DNA from: Eledone cirrhosa
Taxonomy: Eukaryota
Reading direction: 5' to 3'
Assembly: GCA_964016885.1 (NCBI GenBank)
Contig: OZ024740.1
Location: 370,140,001 to 370,204,000, forward strand
DNA: 64,000 bases
The notes below the pieces were generated by a model. That model had not been told where the DNA came from, searched no databases, and was given only the letters and a program-made list of their open reading frames with translations. Positions 12,440 to 25,110 of the stretch are shown here, one piece after another. Each line of letters starts with the position of its first letter. Position 1 is the stretch's first letter. A program made the translations under genes and the position numbers.

Positions 12440-13455
12440 CTAGAAATTGATTAACATATATAAACATGAATAATCACAGGAGATAATTTTTACAAGCGTG
12501 TAACCACGCATAGCAAGTTAGGTAACAAATAAATAGATACCTTTTTAATATATGATTAACCTTCCCTGTATATATTCCATTAAAGAAATATATTTCACCA
12601 ATTAATCAGATGGTATATCCACTTTCCGTGACTTACCATCTGATTAGTTGGTGAAATATATTTCTTTAAAGGAATATATACAGGGAAGGTTAATCATATA
12701 TTAAAAGGTATCTATTTATTTGTTACCTAACTTTCTATGCGTGGTAAACTTTATCTCCTGTGATTATTCATGTTTATATATGTTTATCAATTTCTAGTTA
12801 TTATAAAATGCTCGGACCTATCTTTGAGCTTATTTCCGGGCGATATGGCGCACGCCGTTATGGCATGACACCCACAATTTCGATTTGGATTAAATTCATT
12901 TAATTTATCTTAATTTTGGATATAGATATATAAATACGGCTCCTTAATTGTAGAGCTAATTCTGTTGAAAGGAATTTGACTGCTGTTTCTGGTTGTCGAA
13001 TACCTATTCACGCCACTGAGACGAGACTGCTGTCATGTGTAAGAGCAACAGGTGGTAGAGACCAGTTCAAGATTTAAACTCGCGGTGTAAGCAAACATGG
13101 ATAGCTGGACATTATTATTCTTCCTTGTTGATAAACCAATAATATCCACTTTCCGTGACTCACCATCTGATTAATTGGTGAAATATATTTCTTTAATGGA
13201 ATATATACAGGGAAGGTTAATCATATATTAAAAGGTATCTATTTATTAGCTACCTAACTTGCTATGCGTGGTTACACGCTTGTAAAAATTATCTCCTGTG
13301 ATTATTCATGTTTATATATGTTAATCAATTTCTAGTTATTATAAAATGCTCGGACCTATCTTTGAGCTTATTTCCGGGCGATATGGCGCACGCCGTTATG
13401 GCATGACAGCCACAATTTCGATTCTGATTAAATTTATTTAATTTATCTTAATTTT

Positions 13456-13460
<5 letters not shown>
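12437..13460. mobile_element. Inverted + tandem non-coding insertion, family H (monomer ~530-540 bp)
   Basis: 12437-12615 inverted; on + strand 12614-12920 repeats at 13141-13460; ~120-bp tail; only a doubtful HHR-like motif. Confidence 0.8.
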
Positions 13461-13512
<52 letters not shown>

Positions 13513-13517
<5 letters not shown>

Positions 13518-13720
13518 TAAAATAACAGATTAAAGTTTAAGCAAAGAATCGCTGCTTTCACCCTTAACAAGATCTTCTGAAACTAACAAAGTCAATCTGT
13601 AAACGCAGAACTGGATATTTCAAAAAACGTTGCAACCGGAGGAAGAGAGGAAGACGATACTTTGGTTCGTGGTAACGTTCGCTGGCAAAGAACGGGAAAA
13701 AACGAATAATACGTCATTAT
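13513..13720 (-). mobile_element. Family F arm (short end)
   Basis: Reverse complement of ~16257-16468. Confidence 0.8.
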
Positions 13721-13731
13721 ACATATATATA

Positions 13732-13920
13732 GGGCGGTGGATTGGCAGTATCGGTAGAGGGTCAGACACCATGCTTTCCAGCATAGTTACGTCCCTTTAC
13801 GATCTGAGTTCAAATCCCGCCGAGGTTGACTTTGCCTTTCATCCTTACGAGGTCGATAAAATAAAGTACCAGTAATGCACTGGAATAATTGATGGCCTTG
13901 TGCCAAAAGTAGAAACAATT
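13732..13920 (+). mobile_element. tRNA-derived SINE
   Basis: Full length; TSD attatacatatatata. Confidence 0.92.
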
Positions 13921-13946
13921 ATACATATATATATATATATATATAT

Positions 13947-14732
13947 ATAATCAAGGTTTAGCAAATAATGAAAAAGTTTCAAAATAAATTTTAAAAAATT
14001 GACTTTACCTACTATAGTTACCTTTACCGATCGGTTTCGAATCTCAAAAATAAACGGAGACCATACGGCCTTCGTTGCAAAGAAAGATTCTCGTCAGAAG
14101 GTTCTTTTCATTCGAAGAATATAAAATTCTTGATTATATATGTTCTGGCTCGTTAATTTATTAACCTGCCATTGAACCACATTGGCATTTGGTTGGACAA
14201 TACATGCGTCTCTTAGCGCCTTGTGCGTGAAGGAACACATATCCTATTATTACTATACTCCTCTATGTTGAGAACAAATTTGGTCGTTCCGACTGCTGCT
14301 AGTGATAGTGGCGGCCGATTTGACCTACCTCCCTCTGCCTCTATCTTTACTTCGGCCCTTGAAAAAATTGATTCCACTTCATTCACTCTCATCTCGGGAA
14401 CAGTTTTGGATAGCGCTTGTTCGTAATTTAAATTCAAGAATTTTATATTCTTCGAATGAAAAGAACCTTCTGACGCGAATCTTTCTTTGCAACGAAGGCC
14501 GTATGGTCTCCGTTTATTTTTGAGTTTCGAAACCGATCGGTAAAGGTAACTATAGTAGGTAAAGTCAATTTCTTAAAATTTATTTTGAAACTTTTTCATT
14601 ATTTGCTAAACGTTGATTATATATGTTCTGGCTCGTTAATTTATTAACCTGCCATTGAACCACATTGGCATTTGGTTGGACAATACATGCGTCCCTTAGC
14701 GCCTTCTGCGTGAAAGAACACATATCCTATTA
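13947..14732. mobile_element. Retrozyme-like insertion, family G (monomer ~482 bp)
   Basis: 13947-14133 inverted relative to ~14433-14619; 14131-14250 directly repeated at 14613-14732; carries HHR. Confidence 0.85.
14020..14103 (-). ncRNA. Type I hammerhead ribozyme, family G
   Basis: acctt CTGACGA gaatct...agattc GAAAC CGATCG GTA aaggt; the + copy at 14464-14547 has CTGACGC. Confidence 0.85.
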
Positions 14733-14751
14733 TATATATATATATATATAT

Positions 14752-14897
14752 ATCTTCCTGTCTTCTTTCGGCTGCAACGTTTTTTGAAATATTTTCTTAT
14801 GCGTTTACAGATTGAGTTTTTCAGTTTCAGGAGGTCCAGTTAAGGGTGAAAGCAGTGATTCTCTTGTTAAACTTTAGTCTGTTATTTTAATAAATTA

Positions 14898-14900
<3 letters not shown>
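14752..14900 (+). mobile_element. Family F arm (short end)
   Basis: Homologous to 16322-16468. Confidence 0.75.
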
Positions 14901-14928
<28 letters not shown>

Positions 14929-14930
<2 letters not shown>

Positions 14931-16557
14931 CTTCTGAAACTGAAAAAGTCAATCTGTGAACGCAGAAGTAAATATTTCAAAAAACGTTGCAGCCGAGGGA
15001 AGACAGGAAGACGATACTTTGGTCCGTGGAAACGTTCCCTGGCAAAGAATGGAAAAAAACGAAGATAATACGTCATTATTTGGAGCGGTGGATTGGCAGT
15101 ATCGGTAGAGAGTCGGACACCATGCTTTGAAGCATAGAGTTACGTCCCTTTATGATCTGAGTTCAAATCCCTCCGAGGTTAACTTTGCCTTTCATCCTTA
15201 CGGGGTCGATAAAATAAAGTACCAGTAATATACTGAGTAATTGCTGGCATTGTGCCTAAAATAGAAACAATTATTTGGAGCGGTGAGAACAATTACACGC
15301 AAAGACAAAACCACGTAAATAGTCGTAGACTAAAATTCTATTTAGTAAACCGAATGATTCTTGCAAAATATACGCGAATGTTTTACGTCTTGATGTGGTA
15401 GCTAAGTATGTGTTCTGTATATACCATTACTTATTTGTATAGGTAAGTATATATTACGTGTATGTTTTGTGAAGGTACGTATACTTACTCGTACGTATAT
15501 TTGCTTGTATATGTTATGGCGTATATATTATATATACTGGTACATGTACATTTGGTTATGTGTATACGTGAGTTTTGTGTCTGTGTGAGTATGCGGATTT
15601 GTACCTATGTAGGGTGTGTGTATATGTGTACTATGTATTTTGGTTGACGTAGTCTGCAAACATATGTGTATTTACATGCAGGTATGTGTTTGCGCGCGTT
15701 ACATACGTATTTATGTGTGGATATTTATATACGTTTATTTAATTATATGTATACACGCACACACACACATATATATACTTTTGTTAATATATATTTGTAT
15801 GTGTATTTGGTGTATACGTTCGTATGTGTGCGGGTACAGGCGTTGCGTGGGTTCTGTATGTGCGTGCGTGTTTATTTGTGTACGTGCTTGTATTTGCATA
15901 CCCAAGCCGAGTGTTTTCGCGTATGCTTTTGTAAGTACGTATTTGCATATATGTATGTATATATTTAATTTCAATTACCTCTGTATTTTAATTATTTTAT
16001 TCTTAACTCTGAAGCCGAGAATCATTCGATTTCCTAAATAGAATTTTAGTCTCGACTTCAGTTATACCCTTTACGTGGTTTTGTCTTTCCGTGTAATTGT
16101 TTTCACCGGTCCACATAATGACGTATTATCTTAGTTTTTTCCGTTCATTGCCAGAGAACGTCTCGATGAACCACCTAATAGAATATTAGTCTACGAATTC
16201 ATTCATACCATAAACGTGGTTTTGCCTTTGCGTGTAATTGTTTTCACAGGTCCAAATAATGACGTATTATCTTCGTTTTTTTTCCTTTCTTTGCCAGGGA
16301 ACGTTTCCCCGAACCAAAGTATCGTCTTCCTGTCTTCCTTCGGTTGCAACATTTTTTGAAATATTTACTTCTGCGTTCACAGTTTGACTTTTTCAGTTTC
16401 AGAAGATCCCGTTGAGGGTGAAAGCAGAAACTCTTTGCTTAAACTTTAATCTGTTATTTTAATAAATATTTGCTCTGCGGTTCTTATAAATTTGATATAT
16501 ATTTATCGTTATCGAGCCCTCTTTGGATTTTAGTCTTCAAATTTATTATTATTACTA
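14929..16557. mobile_element. Family F inverted-arm insertion with GT-rich interior
   Basis: 14929-15360 (-) versus 16010-16557 (+); internal ~140-bp duplication in right arm; HHR-like motif 16395-16445; ~90-bp tail. Confidence 0.75.
15086..15273 (+). mobile_element. tRNA-derived SINE
   Basis: 16-bp TSD attatttggagcggtg at 15075-15090 and 15270-15285. Confidence 0.93.
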
Positions 16558-17023
16558 TATATATATATACATAGTGAGAGAGAGGGAAAGAGAGAGAGGG
16601 AGAGAGAGATAGAGAGATAATTTTAAAATATATAAAATATAAGGAACAAAAATTAAATGTAGAAGGCCAATGAGATGCAAAATAAGCACTTAAATTATAA
16701 AGGAAAATGGTAAGCAAGGGAGATTGTAAAGCAGCTAGGAGTTTCTGTTGTTGAATCTTTTCATAACCTCCTTGTACTCAAAGATTTTTGTTCGTAGTTG
16801 GTAGATATTTTACAATATATTCTATATCCAATCTTATTAATTTTATAACTATAGTTTTCAATATGTCCTTTCAGACTGATACATTTTACACAGCAACAAA
16901 TAGTGCCAAACTCATGCTGGAAAGTCACCACAAGTACATAGAGGTGATTCTCTGCGACTAGATCATGATACAATGTAATACAAATGATATATATATATAT
17001 ATATATATATAGGAACAAGTAAG

Positions 17024-17118
17024 ACCCCGACGGCTGAGCTCAAGCCGTTTCGACAGCTAATTCTGTAGTGAATGAAAAATTAATTCTGGTATTTAAATAG
17101 CCGAACTTATCAAGGGGT
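17024..17118 (-). ncRNA. Type I hammerhead ribozyme, U3-A8 variant
   Basis: acccc TTGATAA gttcggcta...tagctgtc GAAAC ggct tgagctc agcc GTC ggggt. Confidence 0.8.
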
Positions 17119-17916
17119 AATTCCATATATGGTCAAAGAGGTAATCACCAGGATTGGTCACATCACAAGTTAGTAGTAAATCTGTGATGGCAAGTTGGTG
17201 GGGGAAGGGGTAGCTAAACCTGCCGGTAGGAGAAAATGGGATAGGGGGTGGAGTAGACCCATTCATGCGTTGGTAGTGCCAGCTACAGCTGGGTGTGAGG
17301 TCAAAGAGGATACTGGGGAGGGGGAGGGGGAGGAGGTCGAAACGGTAAGTAGAACAATGAAAGGTAAAACTGTAAAAGGTACTGAGAGAGAAAAAAAATA
17401 AGCAAAATCTGGTTACTAAGACTTAAGTCTCTCGCTATTGCTAAGCTAAAGAAATACATAAATAAATAAATAAACAAATAAGTGAATAAAAGAATAGATA
17501 AATAAATTTAAAAAGAAAAATGTATATATATATATAATGTAGAATAAAAAAATAAATAATAATAATAGAAATAAACTAGGTGGGACGGAAATAAAGGGAC
17601 CCTTATACGAGGTATAAGTGCGTGTATCGTACGGTGACGGGTCAACAAAGGGGGGGGGGGGGGGGGGGGCAGAATACTAAAGAGACTACCACGAAAAAAA
17701 TAATAAAGGTTTCTACCCCAAACACAGGGCCAGCAACCACCCAGTGCAAGAAAGTAAACTAGTACGAGAATATAATTCAGGGTCCCGCAAAAAAATACTA
17801 GTGCTAACTCTAAGGGTACCGCCACGAAACAAAAAGTCTTATACAAGCTACATGAAAGATCGTACGAAGTAAAAGTAAAAGAACGGAAAAATAATACAGG
17901 AACACACACACACACA

Positions 17917-17955
<39 letters not shown>

Positions 17956-18347
17956 GAAAAAGAAAAAAGAGATACTGGATAAACGAGAAATTAAAGCAAA
18001 GATGCCACTAAGAAATATAGAATGCACGGAAAAAAGGGACAGCGGTCGGAGAAGGGGGCGAGTATCCGAAGTCTAACACCTCTGCTATAAGAAGCGGAGT
18101 CAGCCAAATCTATCATAGAATAGGGGAGGGGGTGGGGGTGCTGAAGCTACAAGGGACCGATGGGCTACCTCGGGTGGGCGAGAAAAAGACGACGACAAAG
18201 AAAGGGAACTGGGGTAGAAGGACTAGGGAAGGATGGGGAGGGAGGAAATATAGAGGAAGCGATAAAGGAATGCAAAAGAAGATCTTACGTCTCCATAGGC
18301 AAGCAGGGGTTACCCATTACAAGATAGGAAAGTGGGGTGTTATAGCC

Positions 18348-18983
18348 CTAGTCTACCCCTCCCCCCGGGTCATTATGGGGTTTGAGGGCGAGGTAAGTCC
18401 TACGTAATCGGTGTTTACATGCAGTAACCAGTTCATCTTTCTTGTTTAGGAGTTGGTCCGTCGAAAACAGCATTTGTAATGTTTCCTCCGAGCATAAATT
18501 GCACGGACGGCGTCCTCCCGTGTAAGAGTTGGCTCTGGACAGTAATTTCCAAGTGAGATCATAGTTGATGTTGTTGTCCTTGAGGTCCCATATGTGGCCC
18601 GAAAGTGTGGTGGCGTCACGCCGGGCTGGGTTTCGGAAGGTATGTTTGTGTTGGTATAGCCGGGTCTTGAAGTCGCATGCGGTTAATCCTATATAAGCTT
18701 TGTTGGAGGTGTCCGTGCTCACGTTGCACTGGTAGATCACATTACGGTCTCTGCATCTGTTGTCGAGGGGGCAACTGGATCTATCAGGACAGTTGCACCT
18801 CCTGGTCGGCTCTCCACTGCTATTTAGGTTGTTTCTTCCATCGGGGTTGAGTTTTTTGTTGTTGGAGGAGACGATGTTTTGTGCGAAGTTAGGTGTAGTG
18901 CTGTAAGAGAGTTTGATGGTATTTTTGTTAATTATGTTGTGGTAGCGGTGTTGTGGTGGGAAGTGTTTTTCAATGAGCCTAAA
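18348..18983 (-). pseudogene. C-terminal linker + GIY-YIG endonuclease, open frame but 5'-truncated
   Basis: Manual translation extends the ORF-track frame 18348-18740 upstream to the TA junction. Confidence 0.85.
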
Positions 18984-18996
18984 TATATATATATAT

Positions 18997-19697
18997 TAGA
19001 AAGAGAGGTTTTTTTTTACAAAATGAAAAATAACCGAGGTGTCCTACACGAGTGAAAGTATAAAGAAAAAGAGATGAAATCGAAAATGCAACTGGAGTCT
19101 TATTTTTAAAAAAAATATATATATTTATTTGGTTCGTTTACCGGTTTCGCAGTTCTTCTGCTTTTCAAAAGGTGAGTTGAGATGGAGGGTCTGTGGTTTT
19201 TCTCACATCTGGTTGGTCTCTGAATGTTACTTGTTTTATATGGAAAAAGTGGCTCGAAATGCCAGGTTTTTCGAGAAGTAATTTGATTGGTTTGTCAATA
19301 ATTATAATAAATTTCGCGCCAGTTCGCGTTACAATAGTTCTTCAAATAAGAGAGTGGGGGTTGTCACAGGTTGTTTTTTCATATATGAGTGTTTGAATTT
19401 CTTTTTACTTGAAAAAAGGAGGCTCACGAAGGCTTTTTTTTTGGTTGGTTATAAATGAAATTTGGCTGTCACGTGAACAAGTTTTCATTACATTTTTGCG
19501 CCCTTAATTGGAAAACTATTCTGTAGTCTTTATAGTGAATGTTATGACAATGGAGAGATAGTGGTCAAGAGAAAAGGGATTGGGAGAATTGTTCTGGTTC
19601 AGTGAATATGGCCAGCTCGCCGGGGTGTCAGAGTTCAGATTTTCTATTGAAGTGAAGATATGTATGTTTATTTGTGTGCTTGTGTGTGTGTATGTGT

Positions 19698-19738
<41 letters not shown>

Positions 19739-19985
19739 TATTGGAAGATGATTCTATTAGTAGAGATGGGGGAGGGAGTTGTGTGTGTGTGTATATGGGT
19801 GTTATGTGTGTGTGTGCGAGTATGTTAAGATGGAGAGAATATATATTTGTGTGTGTGTATATATATATGTGTAGGAAAGTGGTTCTATTAGTAGAAATGG
19901 GGAGGGAGTTGTAGGTGTGGGGGTTGTTATGTGTGTGTATGGGTGTTATGTGTGTGGGAGTATGGTTAGCATGTTAAGATTAAGA

Positions 19986-20064
<79 letters not shown>

Positions 20065-20651
20065 GTGTGTGTGTATGTGTGTGTGTAGGAAAGTGATTCC
20101 TTTAGTAGGAATATTTTTGAATGAACATATTTTCCTTACTTTTTCGTGTTTGCTGTTGTATTGTCAGTGCAAACGTATGTTAAGGTTTATTTAGTTCGGG
20201 TTTTTATTTTCTAAGGTGTTATGTGTGTGTGTGTAATGAAAACTTGTTCACGTAACAGCCAAATTTCATTTATAACCAACCAAGAAAGCCTCCGTGAGCC
20301 TGCTTTTTTCAAGTAAAAAGAAATTCAAACACTCATATATGAAAAAACAACCTGTGACAACCCCCCCCCCCTCTCTCATTTGAGGAACTATTGTAACGCG
20401 AACTTTATTATAATTATTGTTATTGACAAACCAATCAAATTACTTCTCGAAAAACCTGGCATTTCGAGCCACTTTTTCGATATAAAACAAGTAACATTCA
20501 GAGACCAACCAGATGTGAGAAAAACCACAGACCCTCCATCTCAACTCACCTTTTGAAAAGCAGAAGAACTGCGAAACCGGTAAACGAACCAAATAAATAT
20601 ATATATATTTTTTTAAAAAATAAGACTCCAGTTGCATTTTCGATTTCATCT

Positions 20652-20660
<9 letters not shown>
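18997..20660. mobile_element. Family B (Neptune 3' UTR) inverted-arm insertion
   Basis: Left arm - (18997-20235) carries the tail and reaches the ORF C-terminus; right arm + (20236-20660) has the short end; HHR in both. Confidence 0.88.
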
Positions 20661-20741
<81 letters not shown>

Positions 20742-20746
<5 letters not shown>

Positions 20747-21230
20747 AAGAAAGAAGAGTAATATGGTAGGCTGTACAATAAGGGTTTTATTTAAAGTACT
20801 GACAATTGTTTCGTTGATCAGATGGGTCTAGAGTTCGCTAATCCCTTGAGGCTGCGTCAATCGTACTCCCATACATTGTTTACAACTGGTCAACTCATCA
20901 GAGCACATATCTCTGATGTGTTGTAAACAATGTATTGGAGATCAATTGACGCAGCCTCAAGACTATGCAAACTCTAGACAAATCTGATCAACGAAACAAT
21001 TGTCGGTATTTTAAATAAAACCCTTATTGTACAGCCAACCACGTTACTCGTCTTTGTTTAACTATTATTACTCCAATTATAACCTGCATAGTAATTACTG
21101 CGAACTCGCTGCAGAGCTATGAAAACATCTTGTTGAGTCAAACAAAGCCGTACGTTAAAACTATCCACGACACGGAGTACTCTAACTGGGTTACCGCTAA
21201 CTGGATTACCTATAACGATAACTTGTTATC

Positions 21231-21232
<2 letters not shown>
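20742..21232. mobile_element. Family I inverted-arm insertion with HHR
   Basis: IR 20742-20886 / 20920-21064; HHR on - at 20796-20906; ~170-bp tail. Confidence 0.85.
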
Positions 21233-21266
<34 letters not shown>

Positions 21267-21269
<3 letters not shown>

Positions 21270-21466
21270 AACGAGTAAGACCCCTACGGCTGAGCTCAAG
21301 CCGTTTCGACGGCTAATTCTGGACTCCGCGTCCAGAATTAGTCGTCGAAACGGCTTGAGCTCAGCCGTCGGGGTCTTACTCGTTCCTATTACCCACTCTA
21401 CTACCCTAAGTATGGAGTACTTTGATGCGTTATGGTCCATCTGGTTCCTTACCACATTTCCTTCGT

Positions 21467-21468
<2 letters not shown>
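21267..21468. mobile_element. Family A hairpin insertion
   Basis: ~57-bp near-perfect IR around ctccgcg, then ~80-bp tail; TA on both sides. Confidence 0.9.
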
Positions 21469-21529
<61 letters not shown>

Positions 21530-21540
21530 TGAGAGAGAGA

Positions 21541-21577
<37 letters not shown>

Positions 21578-21689
21578 CATGAATCAAAGTTCTGTTCAAA
21601 ACATTTATATATATATATATATAAAGTTCGAAGCCAGCATAAACTTTTAACATTTATTATTAACATTGCTGCTGTGTGTCTGATATGTT

Positions 21690-22950
21690 ATAATTGTTGT
21701 CAGATTCGGTTGAGCATGTGGAGAAATTTGACAGCTTATTTCTAAATTCTGCCCAAAGTTTTGTCCACCTTGGAGCCATTTAGGCTTTTATTCGATTGGC
21801 TTTCTTGTGTTGTAGTGATTGTTGCGCTCTTTTTTTTTTTTTTTTTTCGGTTACATGTTTTTTGTTGTAGGGGTGGGGGCTCCATTGCATTTGTGGCACT
21901 TTGCTTTATTTGGATATGTTTTAAAGGACAGTTTCTGATATATTGTGAGCCGGATGAACAGTGTTCGCAATTGTTGCTATAAACGAAGTCTTCAATTCTA
22001 CTCCCATTATAATCTCCTTTGAGCTCAGCATACCCTTGATTGAGTAGAACATATTGGGATTCCTTAGCAGAGAGTTCAATGTTAATGTTGCTATGGGGTG
22101 ATTGGCTGTTTATTTTATTTTAATTGAGTAGGTATTTTACTGAGTGAGCGAGTTTTGTACCCTTTAGTTCTTGTCATCAAGCAGTGCTCATTTATGTCCT
22201 TATGAACACTGTGTACAAATAGAGTGTATGTAGGTTGGATTAAAGCTAGTCCACTTCCTTTAAAACTTTATATTGTGCGTTTCAATTGCTCTTGGTGTTT
22301 GGGTATTGCTTACTGGAATACGGTTGAATTTAAATGAGATATAGCTGTCTATCCTTTGGGGGGGGGGGTAGATGTGTTCTATTTTCGTATATTTTTCTTC
22401 ACAATGATGCTTCAAATGTTTGGAGTTTGTTTGTCCTTATGTCCTATGGCTTGTTTTAATTCGTCACGTCTTGTTTATGATTTGTTTGTTTAATAAGCTC
22501 ATTTAATGATACTGAATCTTTTTCAATTTCGTTAAATTTAGTCATCAAATTGTTGTGGACTGGTGGTGCTGTTGGTGTTGATGGTTGATGGCGATTCTGT
22601 GTTTCTTCTAAACTGTTTTTATCCTACAGATAGGACAGTGAGACTTTCTTTATCTATATTCTGATTTGGTTTATTTTAATTTGCATAAGGATATATGCCA
22701 TATGATGGATAGTTAAATTTGCTGTTTGCATTACTAATTTGATTTTTTCGAGCATAGTTTTTTTTTCGTGCTGTGTTTACTTCATAGTGTCTTAAGTTTA
22801 GTACTTTTTTTATTTCGTGAACCACAATTTCAGCACTGATTGTTACTGTCGGGGATTGCTTTGCTACAAGTACAAGTCCAAGCTATTTTTCTATTCTATG
22901 CGATATTTCTAACGGTCAATGTAAAAATGCATGCGTTACTTGTTATCTGA
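21690..22950 (-). mobile_element. Probable decayed LINE ORF1 (gag-like zinc knuckle)
   Basis: - strand reads ...YAELKGDYNGSRIEDFVYSNNCEHCSSGSQYIRNCP (C-x2-C-x4-[H>Q]-x4-C) near 21920-22030; boundaries uncertain. Confidence 0.4.
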
Positions 22951-23399
22951 TACTGAGAAACTGATGTCGATTTTAATTAGAATTTATAGATCTCTATCTT
23001 TCCCTCCTCTTACTCTCTCTCTCTCTCTCTTTCTCCCCATCTCTCTCTCTCTCTCTCTCTCTCTCATAACGACAGAAACAGTGGGTTGCTTGCTGTGTCA
23101 GTCACTGTAAAAAGTAGGTGTGAAGCGCTCAATTATATAGCTAGATATTCGTCGACGAACGCATACACCCACAGATATATAAGTACACATGTACACACAC
23201 TGTCCAGCCCTATTTAAGCAGGTATAACAGCACTGTTTAGGAATATGTTTGTTAACCAAAACTACACCAATTAAGCTTTTTACTGAATTGCCTTTGCTTT
23301 GTAAGGGTCTTTTATATAAATATTTCAATTATTTCAATTATTTGGTTTCCTTTTTTAATGAGTAGTCACATCTGGTATTTTTTCCGTTCAGGCATTAAT

Positions 23400-23900
23400 T
23401 CTGAAATACCAACCGCATGGCCGACGAGCGTATCCCTAACAAACTGCTTTGTGGGGAAATTGCTCGGGTAAAATGAAAGCAGAGTAAGTGAAGGAAAGGT
23501 TTCACGGATGCATTGAATGAGAATGGAAAATTGTAGGAATTGACCCCTGTAGCTAGTAAAGGCTCGCAGAGGATCGCATTACCTGGTGTTGAAACATATC
23601 GGCTGATGTGAAAACCCTTGAACAAAACAGGCGAATGCAAGTCAGTATTAAGAAGAATATAAGAAAACAAATCAGCCACTAAGGCAATATGAAGTTAATG
23701 GAGCTTTGCTACCTGCACAATTCATGAGAGTTTATCACATGGGAGCATAAAATAGGGCACTCCCTACTAACTATAGAACATACAAACCAGGTCACCCTTA
23801 TCGACGTCATGTATGTCACAAGATCTGCAATTCATAAGGAGGTGTAAAGAGACTTTTCAAGACTCATCAAGATACATAGGCAGTACAAGCTACATCAGAA
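23400..23900 (+). mobile_element. RTE-clade LINE 3' remnant
   Basis: RMADERIPNKLLCGEI...RKGFTDAL, matching RMKDSRIPKRLLDGEL near 63500. Confidence 0.7.
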
Positions 23901-23931
23901 CTAATATTCACTTTATTTTGGATGGCTTTTA

Positions 23932-24018
<87 letters not shown>

Positions 24019-24025
<7 letters not shown>

Positions 24026-24915
24026 GTGAGGGGTTTTTTGGGGGGGTGGGGGGGTTTACAAATTGAAAAGTAACCGAGGTGTCCTACACGAGTGAAAGTA
24101 TAAAGAAAAAGAGATGAAATCGAAAATGCAACTGGAGTCTTATTTTAAAAAAATATATATATATTTATTTGGTTCCTTTACCGGTTTCGCAGTTCTTCTG
24201 CTTTTCAAAAGGTGAGTTGAGATGGAGGTTCTGTGGTTTTTCTCACATCTGGTTGGTCTCTGAATGTTACTTGTTTTATATGGAAAAAGTGGCTCGAAAT
24301 GCCAGGTTTTTCGAGAAGTAATTTGATTGGTTTGTCAATAATTATAATAAATTTCGCGCCAGTTCGCGTTACAATAGTTCTTCAAATAAGAGGGGGGGGG
24401 GGGTTGTCACAGGTTGTTTTTTTTTTCATATATGAGTGTTTGAATTTCTTTTTACTTTAAAAAAGGGACTCACGAAGGCTTTTTTGGGGGGTGCGGGGTT
24501 ATAAATGGAATTATGGCTGTCACGTGAACATTTTAACCAACCAAACAAAGCCTTCGTGAGCCCCTTTTTTCAAGTCAAAAGAAATTAAAACACTCATATA
24601 TGAAAAAACAACCTGTGACAAACACCCTCTCTTATTTGAAGAAATATTGTAACGCGAACTGACGCGAATTTTTTTATAATTATTGACAAACCAATCAAAT
24701 TACTTCTCGAAAAACCTGGCATTTCGAGCCACTTTTTCCATATAAAACAAGTAACATTCAGAGACCAACCAGATGTGAGAAAAACCACAGACCCTCCATC
24801 TCAACTCACCTTTTGAAAAGCAGAAGAACTGCGAAACCGGTAAAGGAACCAAATAAATATATATATTTTTTTTTTAAATAAGACTCCAGTTGCATTTTCA
24901 ATTTCATCTCTTTTT

Positions 24916-24920
<5 letters not shown>
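24019..24920. mobile_element. Family B inverted-arm insertion
   Basis: Left arm - with tail (24019-24530); right arm + with short end (24532-24920). Confidence 0.9.
24809..24846 (+). ncRNA. Minimal type I hammerhead ribozyme, U3-A8 variant (family B)
   Basis: cctt TTGAAAA gcag aagaa ctgc GAAA CCGG TA aagg; same core in all eight family B ends. Confidence 0.8.
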
Positions 24921-25000
<80 letters not shown>

Positions 25001-25041
25001 ATATAATATAAGATCAAAAGATGGTTAAAAGAGTTCCAAGT

Positions 25042-25110
25042 ATTTTATTATGCGCATTTCAAAAACAAATATCACCATGGGATGATATCTGCGTTCTCAT
25101 CAGATAAAAT
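25042..25110 (-). ncRNA. Type I hammerhead ribozyme
   Basis: attttat CTGATGA gaacgcagatatca...tgatatttgttttt GAAA tgcgca TA ataaaat. Confidence 0.85.

Larger units (their letters stand above)
17010..18983 (-). mobile_element. Hydra-type PLE, 5'-truncated, GC-richer subfamily; parent of family A
   Basis: Open frame KHFPPQHRYHNIINKNTIKLSYS...CNCPDRSSCPL...IY...YIGLT...CNLC...ACKH; 1.3-kb 3' UTR; HHR near 3' end. Confidence 0.9.

Noticed and set aside
14213-14523. Three overlapping 67-74 aa ORFs in family G
   Set aside because: Short, on both strands, no motifs; expected by chance in a GC-richer stretch
19193-24788. Repeated 64-75 aa ORF MVFLTSGWSLNVTCFIWKKWLE...
   Set aside because: Antisense to the Neptune 3' UTR (family B), GTG start, not kept open in other copies
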